Virus record (IMG/VR): IMGVR_UViG_3300002036_000006
DNA: 64,000 nt
From: a virus
Reading direction: 5' to 3' (one strand)
In this document: positions 8,501 through 17,211 of the stretch, piece after piece
Position numbering within the stretch: position 1 is the first letter of the stretch
Layout: each line of letters starts with the position of its first letter
Made by a program: the position numbers and the translations under genes
Notes under the pieces: model-generated
Database searches by the model: none
Seen by the model: the letters and a program-made list of their open reading frames with translations, nothing else
What the model was told of the DNA's origin: nothing

Positions 8501-9802
8501 ATGGATCTTTCAAACGTCATACCAGATGGTAGCTGCATAAACCTAAGCCGCGAATCACTTGGCTGTCTATCAGAAGTCAGGTCAGCAACAAGCATCATGC
8601 GTGATGCAAACTCATATGCAGATATGGCTCGTTCAGAGGTAAGAAATATTAGATCTCAAAGATCTTCTTCTTCTCCGAAGCCAGAGTCACTTGCAAATTT
8701 AGATCAGGTAAGCAGCTACTGTAGGAGCATGCGTTACATTACCCTCTATAGAGCTAACTTGGCAAGGTGTAGTCGAGAGAGAGACAGGCTAGAAAGAAAG
8801 GCTAACGAAGCGATCTCAAGACTTTCCGATATTGATTTTGGAGAAAACCTGATAGACTTATCAGATTTAAATGAATCAATAAACTTATTCAGCTTTGATG
8901 TTGAGATAACATCATGCACAATCACAGAAAACGGTGCTGTCCGCCTAACGTACAGAGTTGGCGAGCACATCATGAGGCCTAACGCAGACACCTCTGATTT
9001 AATATTCGAATGGGCTGACCGATACGGTCATGGTGCAGAGTGGGCAAACCGATACATGCATTGTGGCATAAAGCGTCCAAGCATGGACGTATATGTTGAC
9101 TGCCACATAGATGGCGATCATCTTCACGATGTCATAATTCAGTTCCCACTAACCGAGCACAACCTATCTCAAGAGAATGGATTCATAGCTCACAACAGAA
9201 TAGGTGGGCCACGAGCCAGAGAGATCATTGAGGGCGTTGAAGACCCAGACTGGGACTATGATGAGGCTAGCGCTTGCTGGCATCCACATTCAAGACTTCG
9301 CAGGTATGCAGGTCAGTATTATTTCAGTACATGCACTGGAACTTATCAGCAATTCATGATCGAGAGAGCTAGAGATGGAGACTTTATAGGCCTGACCTCT
9401 CAGCTTATCGGATACCTAACGGGCTTCAACCCTAACGATCAGTGGGGCGGAGGCTATACGAGAGAGATCTCAATCGATTACATGGAAGACTACGGAGACA
9501 GCATACCTATCTGGAGTCCAGTGTTTAACTGTCCGAATGTTTCAGAAGGCAATCGTCAGATTGTATTTACGAACAGGCCTAACAACTTCCACTACAACTA
9601 TCACGTTCAGCTTGAGGATGTTGATGGAAACAAAACTCTCATAGATGTAATGCAGAACACGGAGTCTCCTTTCATATTTAATGATGAGGGCATCAGATTC
9701 ATCAAGGTTGTCACCGAGCAGGATCAGGTGCGCATGAATACCTTGATGGCTAGGAGATCAAGCCGCAGAACATCTTCACTTCTCAGGGATTTAGCAGCAT
9801 GA
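8501..9802 (+). CDS. prokaryotic E2-like (UBC fold) protein with N-terminal coiled coil
   Basis: WHPH-x12-CTG, then helices and FNPNDQWG, resembling the HPH/HPN...C.G signature of bacterial E2 families; GGAG SD at 8491-8494. Confidence 0.65.
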   Translation: MDLSNVIPDGSCINLSRESLGCLSEVRSATSIMRDANSYADMARSEVRNIRSQRSSSSPKPESLANLDQVSSYCRSMRYITLYRANLARCSRERDRLERKANEAISRLSDIDFGENLIDLSDLNESINLFSFDVEITSCTITENGAVRLTYRVGEHIMRPNADTSDLIFEWADRYGHGAEWANRYMHCGIKRPSMDVYVDCHIDGDHLHDVIIQFPLTEHNLSQENGFIAHNRIGGPRAREIIEGVEDPDWDYDEASACWHPHSRLRRYAGQYYFSTCTGTYQQFMIERARDGDFIGLTSQLIGYLTGFNPNDQWGGGYTREISIDYMEDYGDSIPIWSPVFNCPNVSEGNRQIVFTNRPNNFHYNYHVQLEDVDGNKTLIDVMQNTESPFIFNDEGIRFIKVVTEQDQVRMNTLMARRSSRRTSSLLRDLAA

Positions 9803-10467
9803 TTAACGTAAAGATACCAACAACTGAGGCATCTCAGTTTGCACTAGGCGCTGTGTCAAATCTAGAATCACAGATAACAGAGTACTCATCAACCATTGAT
9901 CGATTGAAGAGAAAGTTAAGAGAGAATAAGAAGACGGCAATCAGAAGATTCCGATCGATGCAGTCCAGCATGAGAGAGATGAGGGAAACAGAGAACTGGG
10001 AAAAGTTGCATCGAATGACATCATCCATGAGGTCTGACAAAGAGAACATTGGATACTGCTCTGATGGGCTTAAACAGTACATTGAGAGATACGACGAGGC
10101 TACTGCTGACATTGAGGTTACTGAACTATCTCTGACTGATACTCAATATGCAGTGACATGCATTGATGATTCAGTAATGATCAGCATATTCACACCATAC
10201 GGCGCAACTATTAACCTTGATTGCTTTGGTGAAATGGGGGCATCAGTGGAGGTAACGAGTAAGAACCTTCAGCCTTACTACAACTCATCTGAAATGCTAA
10301 CAACAATCAACCTAAACACTATGATTATTGGCAATGCAGATAGTGGAGCAACACTCCAACAGAGAGTAGATCAGTGCATCAAGATATGCAAAGACTGCTA
10401 CTCTCAATCAATTCAACAGGAAGATGATGAAGAAGTCATTTACCTAGATGACGACCCTGAATTCTAA
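9799..10467 (+). CDS. unknown protein: coiled coil plus alpha/beta domain, acidic tail
   Basis: ATGA overlap with the E2 gene; heptad-like N-terminal ~100 aa. Confidence 0.8.
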   Translation: MINVKIPTTEASQFALGAVSNLESQITEYSSTIDRLKRKLRENKKTAIRRFRSMQSSMREMRETENWEKLHRMTSSMRSDKENIGYCSDGLKQYIERYDEATADIEVTELSLTDTQYAVTCIDDSVMISIFTPYGATINLDCFGEMGASVEVTSKNLQPYYNSSEMLTTINLNTMIIGNADSGATLQQRVDQCIKICKDCYSQSIQQEDDEEVIYLDDDPEF

Positions 10468-10482
10468 AACCAAGAGAACATT

Positions 10483-11187
10483 ATGACTAACGATTCAATA
10501 AGAAGCCTAGAGCTTATCGACTTCGAGAACCATCCCGAGCTTTGCATTAACATCATCGGCCTTGGGGCTGTAGGCTCACGAGTATTCGAGCAGTTGATAT
10601 GCTTGGGCGCTCGAAACATTAAGTGCTTTGACTTCGATGAAGTTGAGGGACACAACCTTCACAACCAACTTTGGGTTCAAGCTGACATCGGAGCACCAAA
10701 GGTTGAGGCTGCATCAGAGTGGCTCAAAGAAAAGTACGCCATTGATGCCGACGAGTTTGACATTGAGTTCCATGATGTTCGTGTAACCAAAGAGATGGCA
10801 CAAGAAATGACTGGTATCGTTATGCTTTGTGTTGATTCATTCGATGCTCGACGTGACATCATGTCTGGCTCTGTCAAGAGTGGCAATGTGTCCCTAGTCA
10901 TTGAGGGGAGATGTGCTCCTAGCTTTCATAATGTCCGATGCGTTAACCCAGAAGATGGCGATCAAGTCGAGGCGTTCTACGAATCCCTTGGTAGTGACGA
11001 TGACCCTAACCTTCATGTCAGTGTTTGCGGACTTCCGATTAGCTTCGCTCCAGTGATGATTGCCTGTGGGACTATGATGGTTATGCAGTGTATTAACTAC
11101 GTTGCGAATGACTACATCGCTTCATACAATCGTATGACTAACTTCATCTCATCTCCAGTTCTTGAGCTGGGTGGTGGCGACCTTTAA
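10483..11187 (+). CDS. ThiF/MoeB/E1-family adenylating enzyme
   Basis: IIGLGAVGS nucleotide-binding loop, DFDEVEGHNLHNQ, KVEAA, CVDS.DARR, candidate catalytic Cys in VSVCG. Confidence 0.92.
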   Translation: MTNDSIRSLELIDFENHPELCINIIGLGAVGSRVFEQLICLGARNIKCFDFDEVEGHNLHNQLWVQADIGAPKVEAASEWLKEKYAIDADEFDIEFHDVRVTKEMAQEMTGIVMLCVDSFDARRDIMSGSVKSGNVSLVIEGRCAPSFHNVRCVNPEDGDQVEAFYESLGSDDDPNLHVSVCGLPISFAPVMIACGTMMVMQCINYVANDYIASYNRMTNFISSPVLELGGGDL

Positions 11188-11225
11188 TCAGAACCAATAA
11201 ACAACAAACACTGTCAGGATACAAT

Positions 11226-12362
11226 ATGACTACTGAACCAAAGAAAGTAATAAGCGAAGCTCGCAAGATCAACTCCGTTGCCAGAAAGAATAAGGCTGGC
11301 GTTGTGCCGATGTTCTCCGCTAACATGCCTCAGTCTCCACGAATTATCTTCACAACAAAAGCATGGGAGCAGATGTACACCCTGATTCCACTTGCCAAGA
11401 AGATGAACACAGAGGTTACTTGGTATGCCCCATTGATTCACCAAGAAGATACCAGTGATCGAGCATGCATCACTGTACCAGAGATATTTGTTCCTGATCA
11501 AGTTGTAGCCAGCGCAACATGCGAGGATTGCGAGTGGGGCAAGGTTCTTGACGAAGCCTACGAGAAGGGATATGACCTAGATACTATGCGAGGATGGTTC
11601 CACCTACATCCAATGGTATCTGTTGAGCCTAGCGCAACCGATGAGGAGCAGACTCAAGATATGATTGAGGAGTGGGACACGTTAATGCGTGGCATCTTCA
11701 ATGACGCTGGAGGCTACAAGCTGGACTACTTCGATGCGAATGCTGGACCTGACGGAACAATCTACCATGATCTCCCTATCGAGATACATGCGCCAGAAGA
11801 GTTCGAGCTTGATAGAATCACACAGAACTTCAAAGACCGAGTCAAGAAGAAAGTGTATGCGCCTGTCAATAACTTTCAGAACAGCCAAGGCAATCAAAAA
11901 AAAAGCACACAAACCAGCGGGGCAACAGGCGGGGGAAACGTAAGTAGTCTATACAATCAGCTAGACTTTGGTGACGTTGATGATCAAGATGACGACAGCA
12001 CCATTGATTGGTTTAACAATGGCAATGGGTTTGATGACACCCCTAGCTCATCCATACAGGATAAGCATTACTTCTGTGATGTCGGCGGCGTGTCAGTATA
12101 TGCTTCTCATGAGGAAGTTCTTCTTCTTGGAGAGGACGCAGACTTATTGTACTATGACGCAACCAATCTCGGAATCACCATAGCTGGTGCTCTCAAGTCT
12201 GAGTCTGTTACCATTGAAGACATCGTTGGATTCATACAAACAATCCCAGAGATTAAGGAAGACGACCTTCCTGAAAATTGGTCTGGCCTCATGAGGGCTA
12301 TCGATGCTCAAGAGCAGTACCTTGCCGACCTAGAGGAGAACAATTCACAGGCAGCAAACTAA
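11226..12362 (+). CDS. JAB/JAMM (MPN+) metallopeptidase with C-terminal extension
   Basis: exact HxH-x7-S-x2-D motif (WFHLHPMVSVEPSATD, nt 11601-11642), upstream EV and IFVPDQ motifs. Confidence 0.88.
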   Translation: MTTEPKKVISEARKINSVARKNKAGVVPMFSANMPQSPRIIFTTKAWEQMYTLIPLAKKMNTEVTWYAPLIHQEDTSDRACITVPEIFVPDQVVASATCEDCEWGKVLDEAYEKGYDLDTMRGWFHLHPMVSVEPSATDEEQTQDMIEEWDTLMRGIFNDAGGYKLDYFDANAGPDGTIYHDLPIEIHAPEEFELDRITQNFKDRVKKKVYAPVNNFQNSQGNQKKSTQTSGATGGGNVSSLYNQLDFGDVDDQDDDSTIDWFNNGNGFDDTPSSSIQDKHYFCDVGGVSVYASHEEVLLLGEDADLLYYDATNLGITIAGALKSESVTIEDIVGFIQTIPEIKEDDLPENWSGLMRAIDAQEQYLADLEENNSQAAN

Positions 12363-12664
12363 TGCAGTACAAGCAAACAACCATCGAGGGTATTGATCCC
12401 GCGCCAGAGGAGCCAGATGTTCGGACTCCTGAGCAGAATCATTTCACTAACCTATGCAATGAGATTCATCATAGCTGCAATCACAATGAGGCTGGCGGTA
12501 AGCATGTAACCAAGGGGTATTTATTATACCTTCGTGGTGCTCTTGTTTACTTAAAGCATTACCATGAAATGCACACAGAGTTTTTCGATGATGAACTAGA
12601 ATGCTCCTATCACTCAGCAATGAAACACTTGGACGAGCTGGGAATATCAACCAACCTAATATGA
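12362..12664 (+). CDS. hypothetical protein
   Basis: TAATG coupling to the JAB gene gives start MQYKQ. Confidence 0.65.
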   Translation: MQYKQTTIEGIDPAPEEPDVRTPEQNHFTNLCNEIHHSCNHNEAGGKHVTKGYLLYLRGALVYLKHYHEMHTEFFDDELECSYHSAMKHLDELGISTNLI

Positions 12665-12671
12665 GAACGAC

Positions 12672-12968
12672 ATGAAACCAGAAAAAGTATTTAAAAAGAA
12701 AACTATATTCAAGTGTGACTATGGAGACCTTGAGCGTCTCATAAAAGCAGAGTACGGTCACGAATACGATATACCATGCTGTGAAGAAACCAGCAATGAT
12801 GTTTCACTTGAGTTTAATGTGAACGGTCAGTTTGGTTACGACAAGGAGGATGTTCAGAAGTTCAAAGAGACTGGCGATGGAATGTTCTTACTGTCAGATC
12901 TTCTCGATGACATGATGCACAGAGGAGTTATTGAGAAAGGCGAATACATCGTCAGGATTAGCTGGTAG
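12672..12968 (+). CDS. hypothetical phage protein
   Basis: 98-aa ORF ending ISW, in operon. Confidence 0.75.
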   Translation: MKPEKVFKKKTIFKCDYGDLERLIKAEYGHEYDIPCCEETSNDVSLEFNVNGQFGYDKEDVQKFKETGDGMFLLSDLLDDMMHRGVIEKGEYIVRISW

Positions 12969-12969
12969 A

Positions 12970-13167
12970 ATGCACATATCTATATCAGAAGTAATTCAGA
13001 TCATCGATGAGTCTATCAAGTCTCTACCAGTTGATCCATTCTCTGACCACATAAGGGGGCAGCGTGTTGCGTTGACCGCACTTAGGTCTCAGATGCAATG
13101 CGTTGAGTCAACTATGTCTGGCGCTGAAAGTTCTGGTATAGATTTGTCTGCTGTTATTGATGGCTAA
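12970..13167 (+). CDS. hypothetical protein
   Basis: start MHISI immediately after the upstream stop. Confidence 0.6.
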   Translation: MHISISEVIQIIDESIKSLPVDPFSDHIRGQRVALTALRSQMQCVESTMSGAESSGIDLSAVIDG

Positions 13168-13223
13168 ATCAAAGGCGCATGTGTTGCGACAGAAATAATA
13201 GAAAACAAACGTGGAGAATAAAG

Positions 13224-13790
13224 GTGAAATTATATACTCGTGTAGCTCAAACGGTTAGAGCGTTCGCTAGATTAGCGATAGGTTGGGCGGTTCGAATCCC
13301 CCCACGAGTACCATTCTTTGAGACTCGGTACTGCCCTCACGATGTTGCTAAGTCTATGGTTGAGGAGTGTTGCTTCCCCTTTAGGCAAGGCGTGAGATTT
13401 CTAGAACCTAGCGCTGGCACTGGAGGTATATCAGATCTAATATATCTTTACCACGAAGACGTCACTGCGATAGAGTTGCATGGGCCTCACTTCGATAAGC
13501 TAAAAAACAAACCATACAAAACAATACGAAGGGACTTCCTTACCATTGAAGAGAGCGAGGTGGGCAGTTTCGATTACATAATCTCCTGCCCACCTTTCGA
13601 TACAGTGTCCCACCTAGATCACATGAAGACACTGCTTCGCAATAACGGTCAGATCATAGCTCTAGTTATGGATAAGTGTATCGATTCATATTGGAGGCAG
13701 TTCTATACCGAGTTAAACCTAGACTTTAAAGCGCCAAGCGGGGAGTTATTGAGATGTGGTATCGTAAGGTATTCGTATGGAGACAGCTAG
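13224..13790 (+). CDS. class I SAM-dependent methyltransferase-like protein (amino-MTase motifs)
   Basis: FLEPSAGTG motif I, AIEL, RRDFL, FDYIISCPPF motif IV variant; GGAG-7nt-GTG start at 13224. Confidence 0.75.
   Translation: MKLYTRVAQTVRAFARLAIGWAVRIPPRVPFFETRYCPHDVAKSMVEECCFPFRQGVRFLEPSAGTGGISDLIYLYHEDVTAIELHGPHFDKLKNKPYKTIRRDFLTIEESEVGSFDYIISCPPFDTVSHLDHMKTLLRNNGQIIALVMDKCIDSYWRQFYTELNLDFKAPSGELLRCGIVRYSYGDS
13236..13313 (+). tRNA. tRNA-like element, nominal anticodon GAU, with CCA, inside the MTase ORF
   Basis: acceptor ACTCGTG/CACGAGT + ACCA; D arm GCTC/GAGC; loop TAGATTA (A33, U37 non-canonical); TTCGAAT. Confidence 0.75.
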
Positions 13791-14203
13791 GCGGGTTGCC
13801 TGAGTGTCCATACTTTAGAAGAACAGTTTTAAACTTCGGTCTATTCACCATACGTTTCCATAAATGGTTTGGTGACGACGACCAGAGGGCGCTCCACTGC
13901 CACCCCTTCAACTTCTTCACTATAGTTTTGAATGGTGGCTACACTGATGTTAGTGAGTCTGGTGATGACATTCTTCGGGCTGGATCATTTAGATTCAGGA
14001 AGGCCGAGTACAAACACTCGGTAAGAGATGTTATACCAAACACAAGAACAATACTGATCACGAGCAAGACACTAAGAAGGTGGGGATTCTACATATCAGG
14101 CAAGCTTATAAAGAGAGATAAGTACTTCGCCAAGTACGGACACCACCCTTGCGACCCAACTGACAAACCAATCAGGATGCGTCCCGATAAATCTAGAATA
14201 TAA
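13754..14203 (+). CDS. cupin-like hypothetical phage protein
   Basis: RFH..LHCHPFNF..IVL.GGY.D...FRKAE..H.V pattern. Confidence 0.65.
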   Translation: MWYRKVFVWRQLGGLPECPYFRRTVLNFGLFTIRFHKWFGDDDQRALHCHPFNFFTIVLNGGYTDVSESGDDILRAGSFRFRKAEYKHSVRDVIPNTRTILITSKTLRRWGFYISGKLIKRDKYFAKYGHHPCDPTDKPIRMRPDKSRI

Positions 14204-14217
14204 AACAGGAGAATAGC

Positions 14218-14772
14218 ATGTCAGGCTACATTGAAATATCTAGGGCTGCTGTTTATGCAGCTATGGCTCATGGAGCTATAGGTCATCAAAGAAAATACAC
14301 TGGCGTACCATACATCGAGCACCCAGCTAGGGTTGCTAGACTTGTAGCTGAATACTGTGGCGACGACTATAAGATGATAGCTGCTGCTTGGCTTCATGAC
14401 GTGGTTGAAGATACAGACATCAAGCTAGATGAAATAGTAATGTGCTTTGGCGAGAATATTGCTGGTCTTGTTAATGATCTAACAGATGTTAGCAAGCCGG
14501 AAGATGGTAATCGTTCTGAGAGGAAAGCAATAGATCGTGCTCACACTGCTGCTGCATCAGATAGGGCAAAGACTATCAAGCTGTGCGACTTAATCGACAA
14601 CACTTCCGACATACTCAGCAACGATAGAAAGTTTGCTGCCACTTATGTCAAAGAAAAAATTCTATTACTTGATGTGCTGCGAGGGCCGACTGTTCCAGTT
14701 GACCTTCTTAAAAGAGCCAATGATCAGGTGCAAGAAGCTAAACAAATATTAACTCAAGAGGGGTTCATGTAA
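14218..14772 (+). CDS. HD-domain (p)ppGpp/alarmone hydrolase-like protein (RelA/SpoT hydrolase, Mesh1-like)
   Basis: AH..QRKY.G.PYIEHP..VA, AAWLHDVVEDT, LTD, IKLCD.IDN. Confidence 0.85.
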   Translation: MSGYIEISRAAVYAAMAHGAIGHQRKYTGVPYIEHPARVARLVAEYCGDDYKMIAAAWLHDVVEDTDIKLDEIVMCFGENIAGLVNDLTDVSKPEDGNRSERKAIDRAHTAAASDRAKTIKLCDLIDNTSDILSNDRKFAATYVKEKILLLDVLRGPTVPVDLLKRANDQVQEAKQILTQEGFM

Positions 14773-15053
14773 TGAGTACATCACAAACATCAAGAGACGC
14801 AATCAATTCTATAAGAGAAGATGGCACTACAGCAACACAGAGGTCTAAAATATTCTCATGTCTAGCCAACCTACGACAGGGGTCTGCGGTTACTCGCAGA
14901 CAGATAGCTGCAATGACTGGCCTTGAACTTGGTGCTGTTGCTGGTCGTGTGAATGGCCTTATCAAAGATGAGGTGGTTGTTGAGGTTGGTACTGTCAAAT
15001 GTGATACTACCAACAAGACTGTAAAGACTCTTCAACTGGCAGAACTATTATGA
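14772..15053 (+). CDS. winged helix-turn-helix DNA-binding protein
   Basis: TRRQIAAMTGLELGAVAGRVNGLIK..VV. Confidence 0.7.
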   Translation: MSTSQTSRDAINSIREDGTTATQRSKIFSCLANLRQGSAVTRRQIAAMTGLELGAVAGRVNGLIKDEVVVEVGTVKCDTTNKTVKTLQLAELL

Positions 15054-15138
15054 TTATTCCAATTGAATACCTTGAAAACATTAGGCAGTCTCTGTTAGAA
15101 TTAAAAAAAATACTGAAAGAACTTAGGGAGTCTCTGTA

Positions 15139-15519
15139 ATGGAATCAATAGTATACAGTGCAATGCGAACACCCGATGGCACGATCATCGAGAGCAAGCA
15201 TCGTCACGATTATGTTACACACTTAGACGCAAACGGAAAGGAATACATGATTGATGGAGGTCTTGACTATGTTAGGCGATCAGCAAATGGTGACGAGGAG
15301 TTACTGACTGTTACACTTTCAGACACACATGACATGGTAAGATCTCACATGACTTGGGGTACATATGGCAAGAATGGCGACCAACCCTTGACATATGTAA
15401 AGCTCATGGATATGACTGACGGACACTTACTTGCATGTATTGAGACTCAGCACAGCATGCACCCTAACATTAGGCAGGCAATGATTAACGAAACAAAATT
15501 TAGATGCGAGGAACTATGA
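15139..15519 (+). CDS. conserved hypothetical phage protein
   Basis: TPDGTIIES.HRHDY...MIDGG.DY.RR...TWGTYGKNG. Confidence 0.8.
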   Translation: MESIVYSAMRTPDGTIIESKHRHDYVTHLDANGKEYMIDGGLDYVRRSANGDEELLTVTLSDTHDMVRSHMTWGTYGKNGDQPLTYVKLMDMTDGHLLACIETQHSMHPNIRQAMINETKFRCEEL

Positions 15520-15935
15520 TAAACACAGAAGGCCTTACACTACAGCAAGTAAGTGATAGTGTGGCGAAGGCATTAATAGATCAGGGATGTCAATCAGTTA
15601 GCAGTCTCGATGATTCCTGCATGTACGGTGATGGAAATGGTAATCACTGCGCTGTTGGTATGATGATCAGCCCTTCAAATGAAATGGCTATGGAGCTAGG
15701 CGGTGGAGTAACAACTCTACTTAGTAGCGGCTTCATAGATGACGAAGAAAATTTTGAATTCATTAGAGACAACGTACCATTCTTGGATCAACTGCAAGAG
15801 CTGCATGATGCAGGTACAACAACATGCTTCAACATAGCAGAAAAGAAACTCAACAGTGATGACTTTAAAATCAATACTTATGCATGGTCTGGTTGGAAAG
15901 ACATACTCATCAGCAATCTAACTAAACAGGAATAA
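15516..15935 (+). CDS. hypothetical phage protein
   Basis: CMY...CAVG..LQELHD pattern; ATGA overlap. Confidence 0.75.
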   Translation: MINTEGLTLQQVSDSVAKALIDQGCQSVSSLDDSCMYGDGNGNHCAVGMMISPSNEMAMELGGGVTTLLSSGFIDDEENFEFIRDNVPFLDQLQELHDAGTTTCFNIAEKKLNSDDFKINTYAWSGWKDILISNLTKQE

Positions 15936-15938
15936 TAT

Positions 15939-16958
15939 ATGGCAGGCGAAAGCAACGTAAGGTTCTACGATAGCAGAACTAATGAAAGAGTATCTCATAC
16001 TCCAAAGGCAGCTCACAAAGACGACGACATACCGAATTTTGTATGGGATGTTGAAGATGAGAGATACAAAAAGATTACAAGCGGAGATGTATTTGATGGT
16101 GACACTCAACAAGTGATACCGTCACATGCTACTCCTGTTAGAATCCTAAGTGCAGAAAGATACTGGGAAGCATTGCAGGTTGATGGTGAGCAGATAGCTT
16201 ATCCATCCGTCACACAGCTATCCAATGTTCTAGCTAACGATGGAGTTGTTAAGTGGCAAGTCAATAATGTAATTAACTTCTACACAGACATTATATTAGA
16301 AATGATGTCGGGCGACGAGGAAGCCACAGAAGAGCAGAAGAAGTTTGCTATGGAGTATAAATCATCAGCACTAGCCGCCTCATCACCATCAGATGCAGCG
16401 GAACGTGGCACTAGATTCCACTCAGCTATGGAGCTTAATGTTCAGGGTGAAGACTGGACTCGTGTCATGCTAGACCATGAGGTTGAGCCATGTGGAAAGA
16501 TAATTCAAACCATCGAAGAAGAGCTTGGCAAGAGACATCCCAAGGGATCTATCAGTCAGATAGAAACTTCAGGAGTTAACAAAGAACTCGGTGTGGCTGG
16601 ATCACTTGATCGAAGAATAGACAATACCGTTTACGATTATAAGTTCTCGGATAAAACTGTGTTCGGAAAACGCGGTGGATTACTCAAAGCTAAGTGGTGT
16701 TTTCCTGAACGTGCTTTACAGTTAGCCAACTATGCAGACATAGCTAAGATAGAAGACCCAGTACTATGCAGCATCTTCTGCAATGTACACACTGGCGATG
16801 TAGCATTCTATGACTGGCCTGATGTTAATCGATGGATATACTCTGCCAGACTATTGAACATGTTCTATTACATGTACAAGCTAGGAAGATTCCCTGCATT
16901 GGGCGACAACACCGCAATGATTATGCATGCACTAGAGGAGTGGCAACATGGAGATTAG
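15939..16958 (+). CDS. PD-(D/E)XK (Cas4/lambda-exo-like) nuclease
   Basis: YPSVT, AAERGTRFH, AGSLD, YDYK, LQLANY motifs. Confidence 0.8.
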   Translation: MAGESNVRFYDSRTNERVSHTPKAAHKDDDIPNFVWDVEDERYKKITSGDVFDGDTQQVIPSHATPVRILSAERYWEALQVDGEQIAYPSVTQLSNVLANDGVVKWQVNNVINFYTDIILEMMSGDEEATEEQKKFAMEYKSSALAASSPSDAAERGTRFHSAMELNVQGEDWTRVMLDHEVEPCGKIIQTIEEELGKRHPKGSISQIETSGVNKELGVAGSLDRRIDNTVYDYKFSDKTVFGKRGGLLKAKWCFPERALQLANYADIAKIEDPVLCSIFCNVHTGDVAFYDWPDVNRWIYSARLLNMFYYMYKLGRFPALGDNTAMIMHALEEWQHGD

Positions 16959-17211
16959 TAGAGAAAGACTTGATGAAGTATACAAAAGCATGAAGTCTCA
17001 AAGCAATGGCGTTGTATCCAATATCATATCCAGCGACAAGCAGTTATGTGATACTGTTGTATCCGCAGCATATATGGTCGAGGCTGACCCAACAAAGGCA
17101 AGAGCTCAAGTTTACATGACACTGGGAATGAACCTAGTATCTGCTGTTAACACCAAGATGAAAGATCAGTGCATAGGAACAACGATGGAGGCCGAAGATG
17201 AAGTCAGTTAG
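16948..17211 (+). CDS. hypothetical protein
   Basis: 87-aa ORF in an overlapping chain. Confidence 0.65.
   Translation: MEISRERLDEVYKSMKSQSNGVVSNIISSDKQLCDTVVSAAYMVEADPTKARAQVYMTLGMNLVSAVNTKMKDQCIGTTMEAEDEVS

Noticed and set aside
10483-11187. ThiF as a thiamine/molybdopterin sulfur-transfer auxiliary metabolic gene
   Set aside because: No thiG, moaE, rhodanese or desulfurase genes nearby, and the small protein lacks GG. E2-like and JAB neighbours favour protein conjugation.
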